From an uncultured Bacteroidales bacterium (lineage in GTDB: Bacteria > Bacteroidota > Bacteroidia > Bacteroidales > FEN-979), in NCBI GenBank assembly GCA_903845055.1, contig CAIMWF010000154.1:9596-73595 (forward strand): 64,000 nt of DNA, given 5' to 3'. Made by a program: the position numbers and the translations under genes. Under the pieces are notes generated by a model that saw only the letters and a list, made by a program, of their open reading frames with translations, was not told the DNA's origin and searched no databases. Below, piece after piece: positions 8,988-18,405 of the stretch (the first letter of the stretch is position 1; every line of letters begins with the position of its first letter).

Positions 8988-10955
8988 TTATCTCCGGCCT
9001 GCGTGCCTGATGCCTTTCAGGATGATGTTCAGATCATTTGCAAGCTTGTAATCGCGGGCGTACAGGAGGTCGAGGCGGGTGGTGGTCTCTTCGGGCAGGT
9101 TCTTGTTTTTAAAGGCATCCAGGGGGTTCAGAACGCCCGGTTTGATTTCCGGGAGGCGATGGGGATCAATCACCGGCGTCTGGGTAAAGCCGACCCATGA
9201 TTTCCGGTTGAAAAGCACGGAAAAGATGTTCCGCAGCAATCCGAAAGGGTTTCGTACCACAAAAGCGACGACCGGGTATAGGACCAGCAGGCTGAGGGCT
9301 ACCAGGACATCGAGCAGGCGCTTATTCCTGCGGTTGGTCTTCTTGGTGATGGCGTTGATGTCTATCACATAGAGGTCGCCCGAAGTATTGATGGAATTGC
9401 TGCCGATGATCGAAAGGCTTTCAGGCGGAGCGATCTTGTAATCGACCTGTTCGTTTTTCAATTCCGACATTTTGTCGATGATCACCTGGGCAGGAACATC
9501 CTTAGCACAGAATATCACCTCGTTGATTTTGTGAATGGTGATGATCTCCTTGATCTGGCCCAGGTGGCCGATAAAGCCGTTCAGGTTGTGCCGGTGCGAG
9601 TGGTAACTCACCAGCCCCGTAAAGGAGGGGTTCATCCCGGTTTTTTGCAGGAGATCCGCAACACGCTCCGCCTCCTCTTTTTCACCGATGATCACGAACC
9701 GTTTGTTTTTCTCCGAATTCAGGCGGAACCCACTGATGTTCATCATGTGAAGCAGGTATCGCACCCCGAGCATCACGAGTGTCCCCCAAGAAGCACCCAG
9801 GATGATCAGGGCGCGTGAAAAGCGGTAATGCTCATTCAGCAGGGAATAGACCACCAGGATGATGACCGTGCCGGCAAGCATCCCCTGGATGACCCTTCGT
9901 TGTCGCACCGGCTTGTCGTAACCGCCGCTCAGATATATGCATAACAACCATATCGTGAGATATATGGGGACTGCTATGTAAATAAAAGCATCAGGATAAT
10001 GACCGCCACCCGGGAAGATGAAATGTTTTTCCCAATACCCTTTGATCAGGAACATCCCGGCAAAGATGAGCAGTGCGTCGGTCAGCGGCAGGAAGAGCCG
10101 TTTAAAGAACCTGATCAGGATGGAGATGAAGGCGCGAAAGTAAATGGCAATGTTGATCATGACCGAAAAGGCGCGGGCATTTTCCTTCGAAAAATGCTTT
10201 TTGGCAAAGACGATCATGGCATTGTAGAAGATGAAGACATAGTTGAGGCTGCTCTTCTTGGTACTTTCGCCTTTATAGTGAATGATCCTCGTACCGGGGT
10301 AATAGTAATTTTTATATCCGGCCATCGTGATCCGGTAGCTGAGGTCGATATCCTCGCCGTACATGAAGAAGGCCTCGTCGAGCAGCCCTGTTTTGTCGAG
10401 TACTTTTTTCCGCAGGAGCATAAAAGCCCCGGCAAGCACATCCACCACGTGTGTTTTGTCCTTGTCGAGGTAACCGAGGTGGTAGGTACTGAAGATGCGC
10501 GACCTTGGAAAAAGGGCTGACAGGCCGAAGACTTTGAAAAAGGCGACCTTGGGAAGGGGCAGCCCGCGCTTGCTTTCAGGGAGGAATTTTCCCTTGCCAT
10601 CCAGCATCTTTACGCCAAGGCCGCCGGCATCGGGATGTTCATCCATGAACTCCACCACCTTGCGCAGGGTATCATCCTCCACGATGGTGTCGGGGTTGAG
10701 CAGCAGGATATATTCGCCCGATGACTTCCTGATCGCCTGGTTGTTGGCGGAAGAAAAGCCGCGGTTGTCCTTGTTTTCAATGAGTTTGACATTCGGAAAC
10801 TTGTCCCGGATCATCTTTACGGAGCCATCCACCGAATCGTTATCGACCACAAAAATCTCAGCTTCAAGACCATGACAGGCATTCTGAACGGAATGCAGGC
10901 ATTGTTCAAGGAAATACTTGACGTTGTAATTGACGATGACGATGGAAAGTTTCAT
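8988..10955 (-). CDS. Membrane glycosyltransferase: N-terminal GT2 domain, polytopic segment, C-terminal degenerate sugar-transferase (PGT-like) region
   Basis: The N-terminus KLSIVIVNYN...VVDNDSVDGS...LLNPDT is GT2. Hydrophobic helices span roughly aa 260-400. The C-terminus RRNKRLLDVLVALSLLVL...KSWVGF...IKPGVLNP...RLDLLYARDY resembles Bac_transf. Confidence 0.8.
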   Translation of the reverse strand: MKLSIVIVNYNVKYFLEQCLHSVQNACHGLEAEIFVVDNDSVDGSVKMIRDKFPNVKLIENKDNRGFSSANNQAIRKSSGEYILLLNPDTIVEDDTLRKVVEFMDEHPDAGGLGVKMLDGKGKFLPESKRGLPLPKVAFFKVFGLSALFPRSRIFSTYHLGYLDKDKTHVVDVLAGAFMLLRKKVLDKTGLLDEAFFMYGEDIDLSYRITMAGYKNYYYPGTRIIHYKGESTKKSSLNYVFIFYNAMIVFAKKHFSKENARAFSVMINIAIYFRAFISILIRFFKRLFLPLTDALLIFAGMFLIKGYWEKHFIFPGGGHYPDAFIYIAVPIYLTIWLLCIYLSGGYDKPVRQRRVIQGMLAGTVIILVVYSLLNEHYRFSRALIILGASWGTLVMLGVRYLLHMMNISGFRLNSEKNKRFVIIGEKEEAERVADLLQKTGMNPSFTGLVSYHSHRHNLNGFIGHLGQIKEIITIHKINEVIFCAKDVPAQVIIDKMSELKNEQVDYKIAPPESLSIIGSNSINTSGDLYVIDINAITKKTNRRNKRLLDVLVALSLLVLYPVVAFVVRNPFGLLRNIFSVLFNRKSWVGFTQTPVIDPHRLPEIKPGVLNPLDAFKNKNLPEETTTRLDLLYARDYKLANDLNIILKGIRHAGRR

Positions 10956-11007
10956 GCAGTGCCCCGGGATTCGCCTGTAAAGTTAACGCATTCAACGAAA
11001 ATAAAAA

Positions 11008-11592
11008 CTATATTGCTCCTGCTTCGATCATCAGGACGATTTGTTCGATGGCCTGGTCACTGCCCCCGGGATCATAATCGGTTTTCAGGTCATAGCCGAA
11101 GATCCGGGCGAGGGTTTGCCAGATAAAGGCTGAAAAGCCGCCGCGGAGTTCTTTTACGATATCGAAGGTTGAATTTCCTGTTTCCCTGTAAATCAGTTTG
11201 ATCAGTATCTTTCCCTGCGAAAAACTCATATCCTTGATCTGGTCGCCGAACTGGGCCTCCAGATCCTTTTCCGCTTTTTTAAGAAATAGTTTCCTGGACT
11301 TTTCCGACGGCATGGTATCAAGGATGGCCTTGTATTCCCTTAACTTCTTCCCGGCAAGTTTGGCATAGGGATACACTATTTTAATATTGTAGACCAGCCG
11401 GTCGAAGCGGGCTGCTTCGCGTTTTGTCCCGGTTTTTACCGGAGGGAAGATCACCACCGGACGGATGTCGACAAGCGCAATCGTATCCCCGTCAATTATT
11501 TGTGTGGAATTACGCACTCTGGCCGTATCCTGGGCACAGGAAAGATGGCAACCCCATAAGATGCAGATAACGATCAGGATCCCTTTTTTCAT
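11008..11592 (-). CDS. Secreted DUF4294-like protein
   Basis: Has a signal peptide. The family assignment is from memory of the VYPYAKLAG...FSQGKILIKLIYRETG pattern. Confidence 0.5.
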   Translation of the reverse strand: MKKGILIVICILWGCHLSCAQDTARVRNSTQIIDGDTIALVDIRPVVIFPPVKTGTKREAARFDRLVYNIKIVYPYAKLAGKKLREYKAILDTMPSEKSRKLFLKKAEKDLEAQFGDQIKDMSFSQGKILIKLIYRETGNSTFDIVKELRGGFSAFIWQTLARIFGYDLKTDYDPGGSDQAIEQIVLMIEAGAI

Positions 11593-11649
11593 TGACTTCC
11601 CGGTTCATAAAGATCTTCCTTGATAACGAAAACCATGCCGGGTTTGGTA

Positions 11650-12891
11650 TCAGGCGACCCTTAAATGTGCCATACTGGTTTTCCTGAATTTCTCCTCCAC
11701 GAAACCTGCCGTCACATTCAGCGCTTTGACACCGCTTTTCGAGGGGAGTTCAAACATCGCATCGATCATGATTCCCTCAAGGATGGAGCGAAGACCCCTG
11801 GCGCCGAGCTTGAACTCGATCGACTTGTCCACGATGAAATCGAGGGCATCGTCTTCGAAGGTCAGCTTGATGTTGTCAATTTCAAACAGTTTTGTATACT
11901 GCCTGATCAGTGAGTTCTTCGGCTCGGTAAGGATCCGGCGGAGCGTTTTCTTGTCGAGGGTATGCATGAAGGTGACGATCGGCAGCCTGCCAACCAGTTC
12001 CGGGATCAGCCCGAAAGCTTTCAGATCGACGGGTGTGATGTACTGCAGGATGTTGTCCTTGTCGACGGTTTCATGTTTCCTGTCGTTTTTATACCCGATC
12101 TTATTGGTCTGAAGACGGTTGGCAATTTTTTTATCGATCCCGTCGAAGGCGCCGCCCGTGATGAAAAGGATGTTCTGGGTGTTGACCTGGATCATCTTCT
12201 GTTCGGGATGTTTCCGCCCGCCCTGGGGCGGGACGTTGACAATGGAACCCTCCAGCATTTTCAGCAGTGCCTGCTGCACTCCTTCCCCGCTGACATCGCG
12301 GGTGATCGAAGGATTGTCGCCTTTGCGCGCGATCTTGTCGATTTCATCGATAAAGATGATCCCGCGTTCGGCGGCCGCAATGTTGTAGTCGGCCACCTGG
12401 AGCAGGCGCGAAAGAATGCTTTCGACATCTTCGCCAACGTAACCGGCTTCGGTGAGTGCAGTAGCATCGGCAATACAGAAGGGCACATTCAGCATCCGTG
12501 CGATGGTCCGGGCAAGCAAAGTTTTCCCGGTCCCGGTTTCGCCTACCACCACGATGTTCGATTTCTCAATGTCCACGTCGTCGGCGGCGACATCTTTCGC
12601 ATGGTTGATCCGTTTGTAATGGTTGTAAACGGCCACGGCGATGACCCGTTTGGCTTCATCCTGCCCGATCACGAACTGGTCGAGGTGTTTTTTGATCTCC
12701 ACCGGTTTCATGATATTGAAATCGGGGATTTCCTTTTGTTTCTCCGACGACAGTTCTTCCTGCAGGATTGCCTGGGCCTGTTCGATACAGCTTTCGCATA
12801 TGTGGGCATTCAGACCTGCGATCAGGATCTTGGTCTCCCGTTTTTCACGGCCGCAGAATGAACATTTATCAGCAGTTTTTGCCATGGTCAA
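11650..12891 (-). CDS. clpX: ATP-dependent Clp protease ATP-binding subunit ClpX
   Basis: Zn ribbon CSFCG...CESC, Walker [17 protein letters not shown]. Confidence 0.97.
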   Translation of the reverse strand: MTMAKTADKCSFCGREKRETKILIAGLNAHICESCIEQAQAILQEELSSEKQKEIPDFNIMKPVEIKKHLDQFVIGQDEAKRVIAVAVYNHYKRINHAKDVAADDVDIEKSNIVVVGETGTGKTLLARTIARMLNVPFCIADATALTEAGYVGEDVESILSRLLQVADYNIAAAERGIIFIDEIDKIARKGDNPSITRDVSGEGVQQALLKMLEGSIVNVPPQGGRKHPEQKMIQVNTQNILFITGGAFDGIDKKIANRLQTNKIGYKNDRKHETVDKDNILQYITPVDLKAFGLIPELVGRLPIVTFMHTLDKKTLRRILTEPKNSLIRQYTKLFEIDNIKLTFEDDALDFIVDKSIEFKLGARGLRSILEGIMIDAMFELPSKSGVKALNVTAGFVEEKFRKTSMAHLRVA

Positions 12892-12894
12892 AGG

Positions 12895-13569
12895 TTATAC
12901 ATCCTTTTTGGTGCGGATCAGGATTTCATCGATCATGCCATAAGTACGGGCTTCCTCGCTGGTCATCCAGTAATCGCGGTCGGCATCCTTCAGGATGCGT
13001 TTATAGGGTTGTCCGGAGTGAAGTGATATGATCTCGTACAATTCCTTTTTCAGTTTCTGGATCTCGCGGGCGGTGATATCGATATCCGACGCCTGTCCCT
13101 CTGCGCTGCCCATGGGCTGGTGGATCAGGATGCGCGAATGTTTCAGTGCGGTTCGCTTTCCCTTTTCGCCGGCACACAGCAGGATGGCCCCCATCGAGGC
13201 GGCCATCCCGGTACAGATGGTGGCCACATTGGGGTTGATGTACTGCATGGTGTCGTAAATTCCAAGGCCGGCATAAACCGAGCCACCCGGGGTGTTCAGG
13301 TAGATCTGGATATCCTTTCTTGAATCGACCGATTCGAGGAACAGGAGTTGTGCCTGGATGATGTTGGCTACATAATCGTCGATCGGGACACCAAGGAAGA
13401 TGATCCGGTCCATCATAAGGCGTGAGAACACATCCATGGTGGCGATATTGAGTTGCCGCTCCTCGATGATGGTCGGTGAAATGTAGTTGGATGAAATCGA
13501 TTTATATTTTTCCAGGGTCAGGCTGTTGATGCCTTTGTGACCGATGGCATATTTTGAAAATTCGTCCAT
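12895..13569 (-). CDS. clpP: ATP-dependent Clp protease proteolytic subunit ClpP
   Basis: TICTGMAASMGAILL (active Ser) and ILIHQP (His). Confidence 0.97.
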   Translation of the reverse strand: MDEFSKYAIGHKGINSLTLEKYKSISSNYISPTIIEERQLNIATMDVFSRLMMDRIIFLGVPIDDYVANIIQAQLLFLESVDSRKDIQIYLNTPGGSVYAGLGIYDTMQYINPNVATICTGMAASMGAILLCAGEKGKRTALKHSRILIHQPMGSAEGQASDIDITAREIQKLKKELYEIISLHSGQPYKRILKDADRDYWMTSEEARTYGMIDEILIRTKKDV

Positions 13570-13593
13570 GGTAAAAGATATTAATGTTGATTG

Positions 13594-14832
13594 TTAGTGC
13601 GTATGGTCATGCCCGTGGTCGTGATCATGGTCGTGTTCGTGGTCATGGTCGTGTTCATGGTCATGGTCATGATCGTGTTCATGCTGGTGCATGGCCGAAG
13701 CCAGTTTGATATATTCATCGTAGGTGACCTCTTTCTGCTTCACCGTGATGGTGGCCTTGAAAAATTCCATCATTTTGGCATTGTACAGGAGGTCATTGAT
13801 GCGCTGGACCTGCTCCTTGTTCTGCATGAAGGTGTCGATGATGGCTTCATACCGTTTCTGCATTTCGGGATCCATTTCGGTCATGTTCACCTGGCGAAGC
13901 ATGTAGGTGCTGATGTAATTGCGGATATCCGAATCCTTCACCTCCAGCCCGTTATCTTTAATCAGTTTGTTCTCGATCAGCTGCCATTTCATTGATTCGG
14001 CAAAGGAGGGATAGTTTTTTACAATCTCTTCAGGCGTGTATTTTCCTTCGTTGTTTTCAGCCAGCCAGCGCTTGAGAAATTCATCAGGCAGCGGCATTTC
14101 CGTATTCTTCACCAGCGCTTCCGTAATGCTGTTGAACAGGAGTTTATCGGTTTCAGCCTCGAAACTCATGGCAGCATCTTTGCGCACCTGTTCACGGAAA
14201 TCATCTTCGGTCTCCAGGTTCAGCCCGGGATAGACCGTGTTGTAGAATTCAGGGTTCATTTCGGCAGGTTCGATGACCGGTTTCACGGCAGGAACAGGTT
14301 TTTCGGTATTTTCAGATTCAGCAGGAACCTCATCGGTCACCAGTTCGGCTTCATCGGAAGGAGCGGGCTTGCCAAAGCGTTTGCGGGTGTCGTCGATATA
14401 CTTGCTGACCATCTCGTCGTCGACGAGGATCCTGTAATCCGGGATATCCATATCCGTATCGGTGGGGATGGTAAACTGAGGGGCGAACCCGAGGTCAAAA
14501 AAGAACTCAAAGGTATCCTGCGTATCGAAATCAATGCTCTGGCTTTTTTCGAGGTTTGGCAACGGGTTTCCAAGGATGTCGAGGTTTTCTTCCTTGATGA
14601 AGTTAACCAGGCTATCGGAGATAAGGCGGTTCACCTCGTCGGCCAGGATTGCTTTCCCGTACATTTTTTTGATCATTCCGGTAGGGATATGACCCGGACG
14701 GAACCCGGGAATGTTGGCTTTGCGTTTGTAATCAGAAACCTGTTTGTCAACGGCTGCCGAATAGTCGGCAGGTACGATTTCAATTTTGACGATGGCGGTG
14801 AGTTCTCCGGTACTTTCTTTGGTAATGTTCAT
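13594..14832 (-). CDS. tig: Trigger factor with C-terminal His/Asp-rich tail
   Basis: Sits in the tig-clpP-clpX gene order with a trigger-factor N-terminus MNITKESTGELTAIVKIEI. I trimmed the start to the ATG at 14832 because the longer ORF reads through tRNA-Leu. Confidence 0.9.
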   Translation of the reverse strand: MNITKESTGELTAIVKIEIVPADYSAAVDKQVSDYKRKANIPGFRPGHIPTGMIKKMYGKAILADEVNRLISDSLVNFIKEENLDILGNPLPNLEKSQSIDFDTQDTFEFFFDLGFAPQFTIPTDTDMDIPDYRILVDDEMVSKYIDDTRKRFGKPAPSDEAELVTDEVPAESENTEKPVPAVKPVIEPAEMNPEFYNTVYPGLNLETEDDFREQVRKDAAMSFEAETDKLLFNSITEALVKNTEMPLPDEFLKRWLAENNEGKYTPEEIVKNYPSFAESMKWQLIENKLIKDNGLEVKDSDIRNYISTYMLRQVNMTEMDPEMQKRYEAIIDTFMQNKEQVQRINDLLYNAKMMEFFKATITVKQKEVTYDEYIKLASAMHQHEHDHDHDHEHDHDHEHDHDHDHGHDHTH

Positions 14833-14869
14833 GTAATGAGGTATTGCGTTTATTGATTGATAATACAAG

Positions 14870-14951
14870 TGCGGATGAAGGGACTCGAACCCCCACGCCC
14901 GAAGGCACAAGATCCTAAGTCTTGCGCGGCTACCAATTACGCCACACCCGC
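14870..14951 (-). tRNA. tRNA-Leu (anticodon TAG)
   Basis: Hand-folded cloverleaf: acceptor GCGGGTG/CATCCGC (one G-U), anticodon loop CTTAGGA, long variable arm, T-loop GGTTCGAGTCC. Confidence 0.9.
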
Positions 14952-14980
14952 ATTGAGGATCTCTCCCTGGAAAGGGAGTG

Positions 14981-14988
14981 CAAAGTTA
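14981..14988 (-). promoter_or_regulatory. -7 box TAACTTTG upstream of tRNA-Leu
   Basis: The minus-strand sequence taactttg lies 30 nt upstream of the tRNA 5' end. Confidence 0.5.
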
Positions 14989-15002
14989 CACTTTTTTTTG
15001 AA

Positions 15003-15506
15003 TCACTGTTTCAGTGAAGCCAATGCCGCGGTGTAGTCGGGTTCCATGACGATGTCGGGGACCTGTTCGCTGTAAATAACTTTGCCGGTTTCATCCACCA
15101 CTACGATGGCACGCGAAAAAAGTCCTGCCAGCGGACCGTCGGTGATCAGAACGCCAAAGTCCTTCCCGAAATCATTGTTGCGGAGTTCCGAGGCGGGAAC
15201 CACGTTGTTCAGTCCCTCGGTGGTGCAGAAACGGGCATGGGCGAAGGGGAGGTCGCGGGAGACACACAAAACAACGGTGTCGGCCAGTTTCCCGGCTTCG
15301 GCGTTGAATTTCCTGACCGATGTGGCGCAAACCGCGGTATCGAGACTCGGGAAAATGTTCAATAATATCCTTTTTCCTTTGAAGGCAGACAACGAAATGT
15401 CAGAAAGGTCTGTCTTTGTTAACAGGAAGTCGGGGGAAACGGTTCTGGCTGCCGGGAGGGCACCGATGGTATGAATGGCATTTCCATTTAAGGCGATGGT
15501 CGACAT
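15003..15506 (-). CDS. tpx: Thiol peroxidase (atypical 2-Cys peroxiredoxin)
   Basis: FPSLDTAVCATSVRKFN is the peroxidatic Cys motif. 167 aa. Confidence 0.9.
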   Translation of the reverse strand: MSTIALNGNAIHTIGALPAARTVSPDFLLTKTDLSDISLSAFKGKRILLNIFPSLDTAVCATSVRKFNAEAGKLADTVVLCVSRDLPFAHARFCTTEGLNNVVPASELRNNDFGKDFGVLITDGPLAGLFSRAIVVVDETGKVIYSEQVPDIVMEPDYTAALASLKQ

Positions 15507-15638
15507 AATTCAGTTTTTTGGTTATTTCTGCAAAATTAGTGATTTGAAATATTCCGGAGCTCTTTTCGTTTAAACATTATCGGTGTATGTGGTTAATTCT
15601 TTAATCCTGTTTTACAAACCGGTAAATAAATAGGCTGA

Positions 15639-17129
15639 ATGAACCTTTCGAGGCTATATATCATAATGCTCTTTACCACGGTGTTGCCCGGATCCCTCGC
15701 GGCCCAGGACATGCTGGGAGCCACCCTGGGGAATTACGCGGGTGTCAGCAGTATTGAACTGAATCCCAGCGCCCTTCAAAATTCGAAAACCTACCTGGAT
15801 ATCCAGCTTGTCGGCCTTGATGTTTTAGTGCAGAACAACGCCCTCTACATGAGTAAAACGGATTACCGCTTTTTGAATTTTTTCAAGGGGGGCTACCAGG
15901 TCCCGATGCACGCCGAGGGATATGGTACGGAACAGCGTTTCCTCTATGCCTACCGGACGACCAATGATAAAAGCGCTTTTGTCAACCTGCGGATCGACGG
16001 CCCGGGGGCCATGCTCATCTGGGGCAGGCACGCATTTGCGCTGTCAACCGACTACCGCAACGTGGCATCGCTGCACAACGTTCCTTACGATGTGGTGAAT
16101 TTCAGCTACCTTGGTCTTAATTACCGCCCGCAGCAGAATATCAACTACATCGACAACCGGCCCTTCAGCGTTTCGGCGATGTCGTGGGGGGAGATCGGCG
16201 TCAGTTATGCCTATACCTTTTTTGCGCGGGGATTTGATGAGTGGACGGGCGGGATCACCATCAAACGCCTGTTCGGGGTTGCAGGAGCTTACGCAAAGGT
16301 CCGTAACCTTAACTATGTGGTCGGGAGCGATTCAACCATCAACATCAAGAACCTGGATGCATTGACGGGAATGGCCCTGCCGGTGAATTACGACGTCAAT
16401 ACGGCCAATCTCAACCCGCTGATCAAGGGCGGGGGCTTCGGCTTTGATTTCGGGGTCACCTATACGCGTCTGACCCGGTATCACCAGGAACCCTATTTCA
16501 ACACCCTGTGCGCGCAGCCCTATGAAGACTACCTTTACCGTGTCAGCGTCGGGCTGATCGATATCGGCAGGATCAAATTTAAAAACAATGCCACGGTGAT
16601 GCAGATCAACAACCGGAGCTCGTACTGGCAGAATGTCACGCAGATGCCTTTCAGCACCATCGGGAACCTGCTTGACACCATCAGTTACCAGTTTTACGGT
16701 GACAAAAAAGCGGCCTACGCGGGAAGCTCTTTCAACCTTTGGCTGCCATCGGCGCTTAGTATCCAGTTCGATTACCACCTGCAGAAATCATGGTATCTCA
16801 ATTCCAGTTTCATCTATGGTTTTCCGCTTGCCGGAAGTTCGATCATCAGGCCGGCGGAACTTTCGTTTACCCCAAGGTATGAAACCAGCCTTTTCGAAGT
16901 CAGCATGCCGGTTTCGTTATATATCTGGACCCTTCCCAGGGTCGGCCTGGCGCTGCGGGTTTATGGTTTCACCATCGGGACGGATAAGCTTGGGGGATTT
17001 TTTCACTACAGCAACTTCACGGGCCTCGACCTCTATTTTTCGATCAAACTGTTCTTCAGCAAAGGCAATTGCCGGATCCGCGGGCCGGTAAACTGCGGGA
17101 ACCTGGATTCGAAGAAAATAAAATACTAA
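15639..17129 (+). CDS. Hypothetical secreted/outer-membrane protein
   Basis: Signal peptide ending SLAAQD. Aromatic-rich and beta-strand-like, ending in F/Y-rich segments. I recognised no motif. Confidence 0.5.
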   Translation: MNLSRLYIIMLFTTVLPGSLAAQDMLGATLGNYAGVSSIELNPSALQNSKTYLDIQLVGLDVLVQNNALYMSKTDYRFLNFFKGGYQVPMHAEGYGTEQRFLYAYRTTNDKSAFVNLRIDGPGAMLIWGRHAFALSTDYRNVASLHNVPYDVVNFSYLGLNYRPQQNINYIDNRPFSVSAMSWGEIGVSYAYTFFARGFDEWTGGITIKRLFGVAGAYAKVRNLNYVVGSDSTINIKNLDALTGMALPVNYDVNTANLNPLIKGGGFGFDFGVTYTRLTRYHQEPYFNTLCAQPYEDYLYRVSVGLIDIGRIKFKNNATVMQINNRSSYWQNVTQMPFSTIGNLLDTISYQFYGDKKAAYAGSSFNLWLPSALSIQFDYHLQKSWYLNSSFIYGFPLAGSSIIRPAELSFTPRYETSLFEVSMPVSLYIWTLPRVGLALRVYGFTIGTDKLGGFFHYSNFTGLDLYFSIKLFFSKGNCRIRGPVNCGNLDSKKIKY

Positions 17130-18289
17130 GCCTCCGACATTCTTACGTCAAGGGCGTCTCGCAGGGCGTTCCCGATCAGCATGAAGGCAAGCACCATGAG
17201 CATGATGGCCAGGCCGGGCAACACCGCCAGGTAAGCATAGTCGAGCACGATATAGCCATAATTTTCCTTGATCATCGAGCCCCAGGAGGGGACCGGGGGC
17301 TGCACCCCAAGCCCGAGAAAACTCAGTCCCGCCTCCATCAGGATGGCGGATGCAAAATTGGCCGCTGAAATGACGATGACGGCAGCCATGACATTCGGCA
17401 GGATGTGATGCACGATGATCCGGTAATCGGAGAAACCGAGCGCACGGGCTGCCTCCACATATTCCTTTTCCCTGATCCCCAGGATCTGCCCGCGCACCAC
17501 GCGCGCAACCTCCACCCACATGGTCAGGCCGACTGCGATGAATACCTGCCAGAATCCTTTTCCAAGCGCAAAGGTGATGGCGATGACCAGCAGCAGGGTT
17601 GGGATGGACCAGATGACATTGATGATCCACATGATGAAGTTGTCGACCCATCCGCGGTAATAGCCCGCCAATGCCCCCATGAAGATCCCGATCAGCAGGG
17701 AGATGGCTACCGAAATAAGCCCTACGGAGAGGCTTACGCGGGTACCGATCATCAGCTGGCTGAGGTAATCGCGGCCGAACCGGTCGCTGCCAAGCCAGAA
17801 GGTTTTTTTAACCGGCCGCTCCACTGTGCCGGCCGGCAGGAACCTCACCAGTGCCTGATCGCCGGCGGCGGCACCGTATTCAATGAAGAAAATACTGCCG
17901 TTTTTATAAGAAAAATCCCTGACCGGTATGTTTTGCAGGTTCATGACCTCCCCGGTGACCATCGTTCTGAAAAATGATTGCGATGCATGGGGCACCCGGT
18001 CCCGCACCGGCAGCATCATGACCGAGAATCCGGGCCGCTTCAGCCCGAGTTCAAGGTACTGGTCATTCGCATAGGGGGTTGCGTCGGGGGTTACCAGGTA
18101 ACCCAGGCAGGCAATCAGCACGGCGAACCCTAAAAAAACAAGCGAATACAACCCGGTTTTGTTTTTTTTAAACTTCCTCCATGCGATTGAGCCCGGTGAG
18201 CCGGAGACGGATAGGATGCGCTTTCTAAAAAACACGTGTAGTTCGATAAATGTAGTTTTGCAAATATATTTTTTTGTGTACCTTTGCAA
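17126..18289 (-). CDS. ABC transporter permease, DppC/OppC family (true start probably GTG at 18235)
   Basis: EAA loop YVEAARALGFSDYRIIVHHILPN. A TATATTTG promoter box at 18261-18268 lies inside the maximal ORF, so the start is likely downstream. Confidence 0.85.
   Translation of the reverse strand: MQRYTKKYICKTTFIELHVFFRKRILSVSGSPGSIAWRKFKKNKTGLYSLVFLGFAVLIACLGYLVTPDATPYANDQYLELGLKRPGFSVMMLPVRDRVPHASQSFFRTMVTGEVMNLQNIPVRDFSYKNGSIFFIEYGAAAGDQALVRFLPAGTVERPVKKTFWLGSDRFGRDYLSQLMIGTRVSLSVGLISVAISLLIGIFMGALAGYYRGWVDNFIMWIINVIWSIPTLLLVIAITFALGKGFWQVFIAVGLTMWVEVARVVRGQILGIREKEYVEAARALGFSDYRIIVHHILPNVMAAVIVISAANFASAILMEAGLSFLGLGVQPPVPSWGSMIKENYGYIVLDYAYLAVLPGLAIMLMVLAFMLIGNALRDALDVRMSEA
18261..18268 (-). 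promoter_or_regulatory. -7 box TATATTTG for the ABC permease
   Basis: The minus-strand sequence tatatttg is preceded by TTTG 18 nt upstream. Confidence 0.5.
18279..18286 (+). promoter_or_regulatory. -7 box TACCTTTG for tRNA-His
   Basis: TTTG at 18257-18260, an 18-nt spacer, then TACCTTTG. The tRNA starts 14 nt downstream. Confidence 0.55.
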
Positions 18290-18299
18290 AGCATTACAT

Positions 18300-18374
18300 G
18301 GTGGTCGTAGCTCAGTTGGTTAGAGCGATAGATTGTGGATCTATAGGTCGTGGGTTCAAGCCCCATCTTCCACC
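18300..18374 (+). tRNA. tRNA-His (anticodon GTG) with G-1
   Basis: D-arm GCTCAGTTGGTTAGAGC, anticodon loop TTGTGGA, T-loop TTCAAGC, and G-1:C73. Two acceptor-stem mismatches are noted in the findings. Confidence 0.85.
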
Positions 18375-18380
18375 CTGAAA

Positions 18381-18405
18381 AGGCTGCCCCGGCAGCCTTT
18401 TTTTT
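18381..18405. terminator. Bidirectional intrinsic terminator
   Basis: aggctgcc/ggcagcct hairpin with an A-run upstream and a T9 run downstream. It lies between tRNA-His (+) and the thioredoxin-like gene (-). Confidence 0.75.

Noticed and set aside
17148-17651. 167-aa minus ORF
   Set aside because: It is an out-of-frame overlap within the ABC permease gene, with Arg/Gly/His-rich shadow composition.
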